In this document: piece by piece, positions 37,890 to 49,519 of the stretch
Numbering within the stretch: position 1 is the stretch's first letter
How the letters are laid out: each line of letters starts with the position of its first letter
Assembly: GCF_004010195.1 (NCBI RefSeq)
Contig: NC_057718.1
Span: 84,917,968-84,981,967 of the forward strand
Length of the DNA stretch: 64,000 bases
From: Chiloscyllium plagiosum
Taxonomy: Eukaryota
Direction of reading: 5' to 3'
Program-made: the position numbers and the translations under genes
Notes under the pieces: generated by a model
Seen by the model: only the letters and a program-made list of their open reading frames with translations
Told to the model about the DNA's origin: nothing
Database searches by the model: none

Positions 37890-38072
37890 TTTAAAAATCA
37901 CACAACTCAAGGTTATGGTCTAACAGGTTTATTTGGAAGCAATAGCTTTCACAGCGCTGTTCCTTCGTCAGGTGGTTGTGGAGTATACAGGTGATAAAGG
38001 AGCAGTGCTCCAAAAGCAAGTGCTTCCAAATAAACCTGTTGAACCATAACCTGGTGTTTTTTTTTCTAACTT
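37890..38072. mobile_element. Inverted pair of PLE family C terminal repeats
   Basis: GGTTATGGTCTAACAGGTTTATTTGGAAGCA... is mirrored by ...TGCTTCCAAATAAACCTGTTGAACCATAACC; degenerate hammerhead cores lie on the inner side. Confidence 0.75.
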
Positions 38073-38429
38073 TGCAATAGATAAGATTGTTAACAATCAA
38101 TGATCCCCTTCAAATGCAACTTACTGCTCCCTAGTGTGAGGCTTATCTTACACCTAGAACGTAGTTAAAAGATGCAGTGAGCTGCTGCTGACTCTTGAGA
38201 GAGGCTCACACAAGGAGTCTGGCTAGGCCCTTCACATTACTTGCGATAGCCCATGTCATTCAGATCTTTATAATCAGCCCCTTGTCAGTGCAGTGCCCCT
38301 TCAGTACTACAATGGAGTGTCCAGCTCTGATTGTTGTGCTCAAATACTTTATTCTCCTCATTTTGATTGAATGCAGAACCTTCCATTCTTTCAATAATGC
38401 TATCCTTGGTCATTGTCAGTCAAAGTCTA

Positions 38430-39005
38430 TCATGGTTGTGGGTATGTTCGCCAAGCTGGGAAGTTTATTTGCAGACATTTCGTCCCCTGTCTAGGTGACA
38501 TCTTCAGTGATTGGAGCCTCCTGTGAAGCGCTTGTGTCTTCTGGAATTTTATTGGTTCATTTTCTGCCACTTTTGGTTGCTGGTTCCAGTTGTTCATTGT
38601 AGTTGCCAGTATATTGGGTCTGTGTGTTTGTTGATGGAGTCTGTGGCTGAGTGTCATGCTTCTAGAAATTCTGTGGTTGTCCTATGATCATTGTGTTGTC
38701 CCAGGTGAATCTGTGGTCCTTGTCATGTGTGTATGGCTACTAAGGACAGCTGGCCTGGCGATTAATGGCTAGTTGGTATTTGTGGATGCAGATTGCTAGT
38801 TGTCTGCTTGTTTGCTCTATATATTGTTTTGTGCAGTTTCTGCATGGAATCCTGTAAATTACGTTAGTCTTGCACATGATTGGTATCGGGTTTTTTGTTC
38901 TGGCGAGTTGTTGCCTGAGTATGGCTGTTGGTTTATGGGCTGTCATGAATCAGAGATCAGGGAAGTCTGGCCATCAGTTCAGACTTTTTTATGTAAGATA
39001 GTGTG
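38430..39005 (-). mobile_element. PLE family B 3' fragment (GIY-YIG endonuclease and terminal repeat)
   Basis: NVIYRIPCRNCTKQYIEQT; terminal repeat similar to 60090-60260. Confidence 0.8.
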
Positions 39006-39804
39006 ATTTTGGTATAAAGCGCACAATTTTGAAATTTGCTTGAACTCTGAGCATCAGTTATAAATAATAGGACTAACATAGGTATGTATGTTTGCAGCTT
39101 GGTTGTGTAAAATGTCCACTGAGAGAAACTCTATTTTTATCCTCATTTTCTCCATTTTTTTTCCACTTCCAGGATACTCTGCATTATTCCTTTCTTGAGC
39201 AGTTAAACAGAGGACATGTCAGTATTTTTACCTCTGCAACTCTGACTTGGCCGGCTAGGAGATGAGTGAAAATGAAGGTTGACTTGTCCTCGAATTAAAT
39301 TGCTTCTTTGTATTGTCAGTTGTAGCTCACAGCACTCTTGCTTCTAAGTCAAATGGGTCTGTATTGTAGTTGGGCACAAGACTTGCAAGTTATGAACTGA
39401 GGAGAGTAATCAGCTTGAAAAAGGGCATGGATAGATTGGTGGAATGGGCAACCATAAAGCTGTTACTATTTAATAGTGTAAAGTAAAGCATATTGGTAGG
39501 AAGATTTGAGGAGCAGCAATACAAACTAATTTAACAATACGATTGTTAAGAGCTGGTGCAGAGTGACCGATGGGTATTTCTGTGAAAACTGTTGAAGGTG
39601 ACAGGACATATCTGAGAAAGTGATTAATAAGATGTATGTGGTACTAAAATTTATAATAAAATACCCTGAGAAAGTGATGGTAAACCTTTATAAAACAGCC
39701 TCATCTCAAGTATGCGGTTCAATTATAGCTTCCACACCTTTGGAACAATGCAAAAGCCTTAGACAAAAGGCAGAAAAGATTCTGTTTCCACAGATGAGGG
39801 ACTC

Positions 39805-40601
39805 TGAGTCAGTCATAGAGATGTACAGCACAGAAACAGACTCTTTGGACCAATTCGTCCATGCTGACCAGATATCGTAAATTAACCTAGTCCCATTTGC
39901 CAGCACTTGGTCCATATCCCTCTTAAACCCTTTCTATTGATATACCCATTCAGATGTCTTGTTTTAAGTGTCTCCGCCTCCTCCATTTCCTCTGGCAGCT
40001 CATTCCATAATGCACCACATGCCTCTGTGTGGAAAAAGTTGCCCCTCAGGTTCCTTTTTAAATCTTTTCTCCTCTCACCTTACACCTATGTCCTCTAGTT
40101 TTGGATGCCCCCACTCTATGAAAAAGACCTTGCTGATTTACCCTATGCACGCTCCTCACTTAATAAACCTCTGTAAGGTCATCGCTCAGCCTCCTCTTCT
40201 CCAAAGAAAGCATCATTCCTGATGAAGGGCTCTTGCCTGAAACATCTGTTCTCCTGCTCCTCGGATGCTGCCTGACCTGCTGTGCTTTTCCAGCACCCCA
40301 TTCTCGACTCCAGGGAAAACAGCCCAGCCTATTCAGTCTCACCTTATTGCTCCAACCCTCTAACCTTGGCAGCATCCTTGTAAATCTTTTCTGAACCCTT
40401 TCAAATTTCACAACATCCTTCCTGCAGGAGGGAGACCCAGAGTTGCATACAATATTCCAGACGTCGCCTAACTAATGCCCTGTACAGCTGCAACACGACC
40501 TCCCAAATCCTATACTCAATGCTCTGACCGATAAAGGCAAGCATACCAAACACCTTCACTGTCCTATCTACCTGCAACTCCACTTTCAAGGAGCTATGAA
40601 C
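39805..40601 (-). mobile_element. CR1 3' fragment containing an inserted solo PLE family A unit (40214-40310, plus)
   Basis: ERVQKRFTRMLPRLEG..RLNRLG; the insert begins CATTCCTGATGAAGGGCTCTTGCCTGAAAC. Confidence 0.8.
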
Positions 40602-41137
40602 AGTAGATCAATAGATTTGGGCTGTTTTATGAAAAGGAAATTAAGATTTGATAGAGACTTTTAAAATATGAGAAACTGGAGAGACTAAATTGAAAGCGTT
40701 CCCATTATTGGAAGTGTTAGGTGCTAAGAGAGACCAAATCAATGGTGACAGTAAAAAGAACCAAAGACAATATGAAGAACTTTTTTTAATGCATCAAGTA
40801 TCTAGAACAGATTGCACGAGTATGGTGGGGTGGATTCAATTGTGACTTTCACAAGGGAATTGGGTAGTTATCGGAATATTTAAAAAATTGCCAAGTTATG
40901 AGGAAAAGAGAAGGAAGTGAAACGAGTTGATATGCTCTTGCAACAAATAGGGAATAGCTGACCCAATTGACTGCTGCATTTGCTGTGAACATTCTGTAAA
41001 AAGAAAGTATTTTTTCAGATGAGGATATGCTCCAAGGAACCTGACCGTTGCTCTTCTGACACGTTAAGTCTGAGATTAAAATTAGCAATCTTTTTCAAAG
41101 TGAATCAAAGCTATAAGCAGTACCTGCATTAAACATT

Positions 41138-41441
41138 GGTGTTGTAGTGGTAATGTCATTGAACGTCTAATCCAGAACCGTAGGCTAGTGTTCTGAATTC
41201 CACCATGGTAGAAGGTAAATTTGAATGGAGTAAAAAAGATAGTCTAATGGTGACCATGTTGATTGTCATAAAATCATGTCACTAATGTCCTTTCCAGGGA
41301 AGGAAATCTGCTATTCATTACTGGCCTACATGTGATTGCAGACCCACAACAATGTGGCTGACTCTAAACAGTCCTCTGGGCAATTAAGAATGGGCAACAA
41401 ATGCTGGTCTAACCAGTGATGCCTACATCCCATAAATGAAT
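41138..41441 (+). mobile_element. Old tRNA-derived SINE (second family)
   Basis: A-box-like GGTGTTGTAGTGG, degenerate B box, body with AGGGAAGGAAATCTGC, and a tail shared with the LINEs at 22450-23970; relatives at ~27600-27790, ~41870-42130 and ~62395-63178. Confidence 0.6.
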
Positions 41442-43864
41442 ATTGTTTTTAATAATTCTGTAAACTCCCGAATGCTAGATGTAACTTTAGAGTTACTTCT
41501 TAGGCTACACTCTTCTCCAAAAACCTAAACTTTGCCAATCTTTCTAACTACCATTGAACATTACCACAGTTTTGACAAACTGTCCAATACGTTCTTGAGT
41601 TGTTTCTTCCCTGCTGTAAAACCGTCATTCTAAGCTCTTAAGATATTCCTATATTAAAAATCTCAGGTTTTCCTCGTACTGACTTTATTACAGTAAATAT
41701 CAGACTTTGTCATCTAAGCATTCGCATTGTTAAATTAGATGTTTCTAACTATTTTATAATAGCAAAATCCCATATTTTGGAAGATTGGTTGTCATTGTAA
41801 TTATAGCATTAAACATTTTATAAGTATCCTTCTGGAAAGAAAGCCTATTTATTTTTTCCCGATCTGCATTATGATAATGAAACTGTTTCACAAGAACTCA
41901 ACTGGTTCACTAAATTTCCTATAAGGGAGGAAACCTATCCGTGTCTGGCCTGTCTGTGACTTAACTGATGAGTCAACCAAATGGAAATGTTGAAGCAACT
42001 AGCACGCAACTTCGTTGTATTGAAATGGTTTAAAAAGGCTGTCTTGCTGCTGCCACCACTGCCATCTTCGGGCATCAAGGAATGTGCAGTAAATGCTGTG
42101 GTCCCAATAAGATTGCATCCTAAAAATGTGATTCATTTTTAAAGTATTTTGTCAAAACCAGAGTAATCTGACTCGATCATGAGACCTGATGTCACAGTTC
42201 TCACCATTTGATTTGAACCCAAGGATGACATTTTGAAAATAACTGCAATTTATTATGATAAACTTTGCAATAAGAATGTTTCAGCAAATTGTGTAATATT
42301 TGACTGTAGCCGACTTGAATCTTAAAACTTGTTAAGGTTGCAACATTTGTGGATGACTTTTCTGATGGGCTTTAAATAGATGAAACTGTAAGATTATGTT
42401 ACTATTTTCTATTATGCAATTTTCTTCAATTTAAACTGGATATTAAAGTTTATTTAAAACTTCTGACAATTAGTGACTTCATATGGAATGTTATAGTTAG
42501 TTCTTATCTTCCATTTCCTATTTAATTTTGATTTAGAAAACTACCTAAATTTGCGACCAACCCACAACTACTATTTTAGTGACAATCATTACAGCAGTCA
42601 GGAGATCTCAGCTGAACTCAGATCAGGAAGACTGTCTGGATACGAGGCAAGAATGTCTACCTTGCGTGTCAATTAAATTAATAACAGGAGTAGAATAGGT
42701 ATGTATGTTTTGCAGGCTGCTTGTATAAAATGTACAGTGAGGAACTCTTTATTTTTCTTCTCCTTTTCTCCATTTTCCCAGCAAAGTGCATCTTTCCTTT
42801 CTTGAGAGATTAAACAGTAGACCTGTGTCAAGATTTTTGTCTCTGCTACTCTTGACTGAGGCTACTAGGAAATGCATGAAAACTGAGGTTGACTTGTCCT
42901 CTTATTAAACTGCTTCTTTGTATGGTCAGTGTGATTCATTGGCAGCACTCTTGCTTCTGAGTCAAATGGTTCTGGGTTCAGGGTGTGCTCCTCAACTATC
43001 ATCTCTAACACACATTATCTAAGTTTGCTACATTACAACAGTGATTAGTTTTAAGTATTTTATTGATTCTAAAACATTTTGGAAAGTTGAGGACTTGAAA
43101 TATGCTATCTGAATATACATATGAGAAATATTTTTGAGGTAACAAGCTAATTGGTAAAGGAGAGAAGTGGATGTAACATAGTTGGATTGAGCAACAGGCA
43201 GTTACCTTTTTAAGTAAGCTATTTTATTTACTTGATTTGACAACTGTACAAGCCAAACTTGGAAAGCACAGAAGAGTTGAAATTTGACTTTGAATCAAAT
43301 TTCTAACATTAGTCAGTGGCCCATTTAACCTTTGTCTCACTGCTGCAGCCCCACACTGACCATGCTTCTTACTAACCCTAACAATATTTCTAAGGCTAGA
43401 AAGGAGATTTTGCTAAAAGACTTTGAACAGCTGGGACCTAATTTACGTAAGTAGAACCACCAAGGTGTCAATGTCTGGATTACTATCTGACCATAGGCAT
43501 AGGGTAAATAAAGTTAACGAGTTAAATATTTAGCCCAAAGAATAGTGTGGGTTGAATTGGATTTCAGTTTATGGGGCACTGGTACTAATATTGGTGTAGA
43601 ATGAGCTGTTCTGATGGGATGGTCTTCACTTGAACCAAATTGATACCAGTGTTCTGGTGAATCAAATATATAAGGAAGTAGAGAGCTTTAAACTAATCAG
43701 AGTTGGGGAGAAATTGAGAGAGAGAAAACATAGACCTAAAAGCAAGAGGATATGGTAGATATATAGATAACGACACCTAGAGTGCGACAAGAAGGACCAA
43801 AATATGTGAACATAGAAAAACAGCAGTAATAGGGTCAAAAGGGGGAAAGTATTTTTTTAGAAGG

Positions 43865-44588
43865 GGATAGTCAACATGGCTTTGTGCGTGGGAAATCATG
43901 TCTCACTACCTTGATTGAGTTTTTTTTTTGAAGAAGTAACAAAGATGAACGTAGAAGAGTGGACCTTGTCTATGTAGACTTCAGTAAGGTGTTCGACCAG
44001 GTTCTGCATGGTAAATTGGTTAGCAAGGTTAGAGTACTTGGAATACAGGGAGAACTAGCCATTTGGATACAGAACTGGCTTGAAGATAGAAGACCGAGGG
44101 TGGTGGTTGAGTATTGCTTCTCAAACTGGAGGCCTGTGACCAGTGGTGTCCTCAAGGATTGGTGTTGGATCCACTGCTTTTTTGTCATTTATATAATTGA
44201 GTTGAATGTGAACATAGATATGGTTAGTAAGTTTGTAGATGACACCTAAATTGGAGGTGTAGTGGACAGCGAAGAAAGTTACCTCAGATTACAGGATGTT
44301 GACCAGATGGGCCAATGGGCTGAGAGGTGGCAGGTGAGTTTAATTTAGATAACTTTGGGGTGCTGCATTTTGGAAAGGCAAATCGGGGCTGACTCATGCA
44401 CTTAATGGTAAGGTCCTAAAAGTAGAGTTTCAGGTAGACAGGATAGTGAAGGTGGTGTTTGGTATGCTTGTCTTTATTGGTTAGCTCATTGAGTATAGAA
44501 ATTGGGAGGACATATTCCGGCTGTACGGGACATTGGTTAGGCCACTTTTGGAATACTCCGCGCAATTCTCACCTCCCTTCTCTTGGAC
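43865..44588 (+). mobile_element. CR1 RT fragment
   Basis: DLVYVDFSKVFDQVLHGKLVSK..WIQNWLEDRR..WRPVTSGV..SKFVDDT. Confidence 0.85.
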
Positions 44589-44589
44589 G

Positions 44590-46925
44590 GATCAGGTTAT
44601 CTGTTTGCTTGCTGAACAGGTGGTTTGTTTTCAGACATTTCATTAGCATGCTAGGTAACATCAGTGAGCCTCCTGTGAAGCTTGGTGTTCTGTTCTGCTT
44701 GCTATTTGATTCTTGATCTGTGGTGGTGGTATCACTTCCGGTTCTGTTTGAGAGGTTGGTAAATGGGATCCAAATCTGTGTGTTAATGGAGTTCTGGTTT
44801 GAATTCCAGACATCTGTGAATTCCCCCCCACATCTTTGTTTGGCCTGTACCACAATGGAAGCATTGACCCAGGTGAACTGGTGTCCTCTTTCATCTGTGT
44901 ATAGATACCAGTGATAGTTGGTCATGTATCCTGGTAGCTAGTTTCCTGCCGGTTTGTCCAATGTACTGTTTGCTGCAGTCCTTGCAGGGTATTTTGTACA
45001 TTATGTTCATTCTCCTGGCTGTTGGTACAGGGTCCTTTAAAATCCTAAGTAGCTGTTTTAGTGTGGTAGTAGGTTTTTGGGCTAGCATTATGCCTAGGGG
45101 CCAGAAGAGTCTGGTGGTCATCTCTGAAATGTCTTTGTATGGTAGGGTGACTAGAGCCTCTGGGGGTGTTGTCTTCCTGTTTAGGTCTGTTGTGCAGGAA
45201 TCGGCAGACTGCGCATATCGGCTAACCATTGTTTCCGAATACTTTGTACAGCTGTTTCTCCTCTGCTTGTATTTCCAGGGTGCTGCATTGTATTGTGGCT
45301 CATTTAGATAGTGTCCTGATGCAGCTCCATTTGTGGATGTTGGAATGGTTGCTTTTATAGTTGTTTGGTCAGTGTGTGTGACTTTACTATAAATGCTAGT
45401 TTGCTGTTCTCCATTGGCTTTTCATTCTACCATGATGCCCAAGATAGGGAGTTGGTTATTGTTCACTTGCTCTTTGGTGAACTTTGTACCGGTAAGCATG
45501 TTGTTTGTGATTGTGGGTTCCTTCTAGTTTGTCATGTTTCGTGATGACAAAGATGTCATCTGCATAGTGGACCCAAAGCTCAGGCTGAATTGTGGGAAGG
45601 GCTGTTTGTTCTAACCTTTGCATAATCGCTTCTGCTCTGAGTCCTGATGTTGGTGATTCCATAGGCATCCTGTTGATTTATTTGTTTATCTTGTTGAAGA
45701 TGAAGTGGATTGTGAGGCATAGTCCAGTGGTTTGAGCAGCCTGTTCTTGCTAATTGGAATTGGTGCTGTCAAGTGTTTGTCTCTGGTTTGTCTAGCAGTG
45801 TGGCCTCAAACTACTGGACCTGTACCCCTCAACCTACGTTACCTTCAATGGCAAGATATACAACCAAATCAACGGGATGCCTATGAGATCAACAATATCA
45901 GGACTTATAGCAGAAGCAGTTATACAGAAGTTAGAACGAACAACCTTTCCCGTGATCCAGCCTAAGCTTTGCATCCGCTATGCGGATGACTCCTTTGTCA
46001 TCACGAAACGTGACGAACTAGGAGAAACCCACAAACAGCATCCTCGCCAGTATGAAGTTCACCAAAGAGGAAGAGAACAATAACCAACTCTCCCCCTTGG
46101 ACGTCACAGTAGAGCGAAAAGCCAATGGAGAACTGCAGACCAGGAAAGCCACACGCTGACCTGATACTCAACTACAGAAGCAATTTTCTCGTTACCCACA
46201 AATTGAACTGCATCAGGACACTATCTAAATGAGCCATAACACACTTCAGCTTCCTGGAATTACAAGAAGCAGAGGCGAAACACCTATACAACGTGTTTAG
46301 GAACAACAATTACCCAATAAGTGCAGTCCACTGATCCCTAAACAGGAAGACACAACACCTCAGAGATTCTAGTCATCCAACCATACATGAAAGACCTTTC
46401 AGAGATGACCACCAGCCTATTCTGGCCCCTGAGCACTATAGTAGCCCACAAACCACCTACCACACTAAATTTGTCAGTAACTGTTTTATATATAGGACCC
46501 TGTACTACAGGCAGCAGAACGAACGTAACATGCACCATACCCTGCAAGGACTACAAAAGTCATTACATTGGACAAACTGGCAGGAAACAAGCCACCAGGG
46601 AACATGACCAACTGTCACAGAAGTACACTAATTTGACTGAGACATTGCATCCATGCGTGGGAATTCCTAGAGGCCTGGCATTCAAACCAGAATTCCATTA
46701 ACAAGCACAGATTCAGACCCCAATTACCAACCTCTCAAACTGAACCAGAAATGATATCAGTCACCCCAACAGACCAAGACACACACATAGCAAGTGGAAC
46801 AGAACACCAACGCTTCACTGGAGGCTCACTGGTGATGTTACCTAGCATGGTGACGAAATATCTGAAAACATAGCCACCAGCTCAAAGAGCAAACAGGCAA
46901 CCTGATCAACAAATCTTCTCCAAAA
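44590..46925. mobile_element. Back-to-back PLE family B-like copies (minus ~44590-45735, plus ~45795-46925)
   Basis: WVHYADD / CIRYADD RT motifs and YKIPCKDCSKQYIGQTGR / TIPCKDYKSHYIGQTGR GIY-YIG motifs on opposite strands; hammerhead-like CTGGTGATGTTACC..GGTGACGAAA at ~46829-46859. Confidence 0.85.
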
Positions 46926-46944
46926 TCTCAAATGTTGTGAAACT

Positions 46945-48365
46945 TGAACATCCATGTACAGAGGTATCTGGGTGTACAGGTCCCCAATTCCCTGAAAGTG
47001 ATAACGCAAGTGGATAAGGTGGTTAAGAAGGCATATGGCATGCTTGCCTTCATTGGTCAGGGCATAAAGTACAAAATTGGCAAATTGTGTTGCAGCTATC
47101 CAGAATTTTGGTTAGGCCACATTTGGAATATTGTGTACAGTTCTGGTTGCCATGCTATAGAAGGAATTGGGGATTTTGGAGCAGGTGCAGCGTAACAGTA
47201 TGCTGCTAGGCTTGGAGGGTATTAACTGCGAGGAGAGATTTGCTTTCACTTAAATGTTGAAGACAGAGGAGTAATCTCATAGAAGTTGACAAAATTATGT
47301 GAGACATTTATAGATAGTTGGAGTCTTTTTCTTTCTCTCTCTTTCCTGCACCCCCCCACACCCCCACCCAGGATAAACATGTCAATAACCAGGGGACATA
47401 GTTTTATGGTAAACAGGGGCAAGTTTAAAGGAAGTGAGAAGCAAGTTTGCTTTTTACACAAAAGGTACTAAGCGCCTGGAATGCATCTCAAAGGAGGTGG
47501 TGGAGGTGGATGCAATAGCAATATTGAAGAGGCATCTTGACAGATAAATGAATAGGCAGAGAATAGAGGGAGGCAAATGGCATACAGGCAAACTGCTTTT
47601 AAGTTTAGAAAGACATCATGTGTTAACATTAGTCTTGATACTCCAAAGGACCTGTTCAGTGTTGTTCATTCTTAATGTTACAGAACAGTGAGATTTGGTA
47701 GTCCTTGTGCATGAATTTCAAAAAGCTAGCACCCAGGTGAGTGAGTATCGTGGAGGCAAATGGAATGCTGGCCTTTATTTCAAAAGGAAAGGAGTGTAAA
47801 ATTAGGGAAGTTTTGCAAAACCATACAAGGGACTAAGCCCACAGCTGGAATACTGAGAACAGTTTTGGAATCCTTTATCTAAGGATAAATATGCTGGCAT
47901 TGAAGACAATCCAGTAAAGGTTCTCTTGGCTGATGCCATGTATGGAGAGTCTGCCTGATGAAGAAAGATTGAGTAGTTTGGACCTGTACTCTTTGGAATT
48001 TCTAAGAATCTATAAGAATGAAAGTGACCTTATTAAAACACAATATTCTTGGGGCAAAAAGAGTAGCGCTGGAAAAGCCCAGCAGGTCAGGCATCATCCA
48101 AGGAGCAGGAGAGTCAACGTTTCAGGCATAAGCCCTTCATGAGGAATGCTTGTTTCCCCTGATAGGAGAGTCTAGGACCAGAAGATGTAATTTCAGAATA
48201 AAGAGTCATTAAGTACATTCGTGGAGAAGATAGATTTTGATCAATAAGGCAATTGAGGGTTGTAGAGGAAAGTGGAGTCAAGGATTATTAGCCATGGTCT
48301 TGTTGATTGGCAGAGCACACTCAGGCTGAATTACCTAATTCTGCTCCTACATCTTATGGTCTGAT
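46945..48365 (+). mobile_element. Two CR1 3' fragments; the second contains a solo PLE family A unit (48060-48148, minus)
   Basis: QVDKVVKKAYGMLAFIGQGI; EERLSSLDLYSLEF; the insert ends ..GCCCTTCATGAGGAATG. Confidence 0.75.
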
Positions 48366-48694
48366 ATGTTTTTCCCTTATCCTTTAGTTTCTCTCTCCTC
48401 TCAGCCATGAACACTTCATCTGCTAACTTGGTCCCATTCCAGTTGTCTCATAGCCTCAGTCTTGGATGATTTTGTAAATTACTCTTTCTCAAAAACTGTC
48501 TACCCCTCTCCACAATCTTTGAAATCCAGTCATTATACTTGTTTCCCCCCAAACAACTCTGTTCTGACAAACCACCATATCATTGAGAACCTGCCTTTCC
48601 TCTGCAAATATGATGTCACCTGAATCTCTGCCTACCATTTCTGTAGTTCCCTGTTTGCCCTCCTATTAGGGTTCTTCTGCTTCACAGCACCGGA

Positions 48695-49370
48695 AGTAGA
48701 CAGACAGGAAGCTGGAAGAACACAGCAAGACAGGCAGCATCATAAGATGCAGAAGTTGATGTGTCGGGTGTAACCCTTCAGGACTGGGGGTGGATATGCA
48801 GGGAGCTGCAGATAAAGGGGGAAGTGGGGGCAGGGTGGTGAAGTGGGTATAGGTAAAGACAGGTAGAGGGTATGACTTGGTTGGTTAATGGGAGGAATGA
48901 ATCTAGTTGGTGGCAGGGAGTAGTGGAAGGGAGGGAGGAGGGGCTGGGAAGGGAGTTGGGGGATTGGGAGGGAATTTATTTGAATTTGGAGAACTCAATG
49001 TTGAGTCCTTTGGGCTGTAGGGTGCCCAGGTGGCAGATAAATTGTTCTTCAAATTTCAAATAACCTCCCTCCCCATCCCTGACTCTCTTCCCAGACCCTC
49101 CCCCTCCCTTCCACTGCTCCTTGCCATCAAACAAATTCATTCCTTCCCATTGACCAACTAGGTTGTACCCTCCATTTGTCTTCTCTTTGTCTATCCCCAC
49201 TTCACCACCCTGCCCCATCTCCCACTTGATCTACCACTCTCCAGTCCTGCAGCAGGGTTACACCTGAAATGTCTACTCCTGCACCTCCTGATACTGCCTG
49301 GCTTGTTGTGTTCTTCCAGCCTCCTGCCTGTCTACTTTGGATTCCAGTATCTGTAGTTTTATTTTGTCAT
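48695..49370. mobile_element. Inverted PLE terminal-repeat pair, ~330-bp arms
   Basis: AGTAGACAGACAGGAAGCTGGAAGAACACAGCAAG at the left mirrors CTTGTTGTGTTCTTCCAGCCTCCTGCCTGTCTACT at the right; centre ~49050. Confidence 0.75.
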
Positions 49371-49519
49371 TCACAGCACTGTAAATGGCATTTGTTGGCA
49401 CGAGATAACCTCCTTTAATTCACGTACAATACCTTTCTACCTCCTTGACATCTTTGCAAACCTTGATATAATTGCTGCTTCTTTGTCATGAGGTTGGGGC
49501 GATTTCAATGTAAGTGGCC

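Noticed and set aside
42537..42697. Possible extra exon ending at AG|GTATGT
   Set aside because: The frames I checked contain stops, and ABHD12 exons 3 and 4 already join in phase and collinearly with the human protein.
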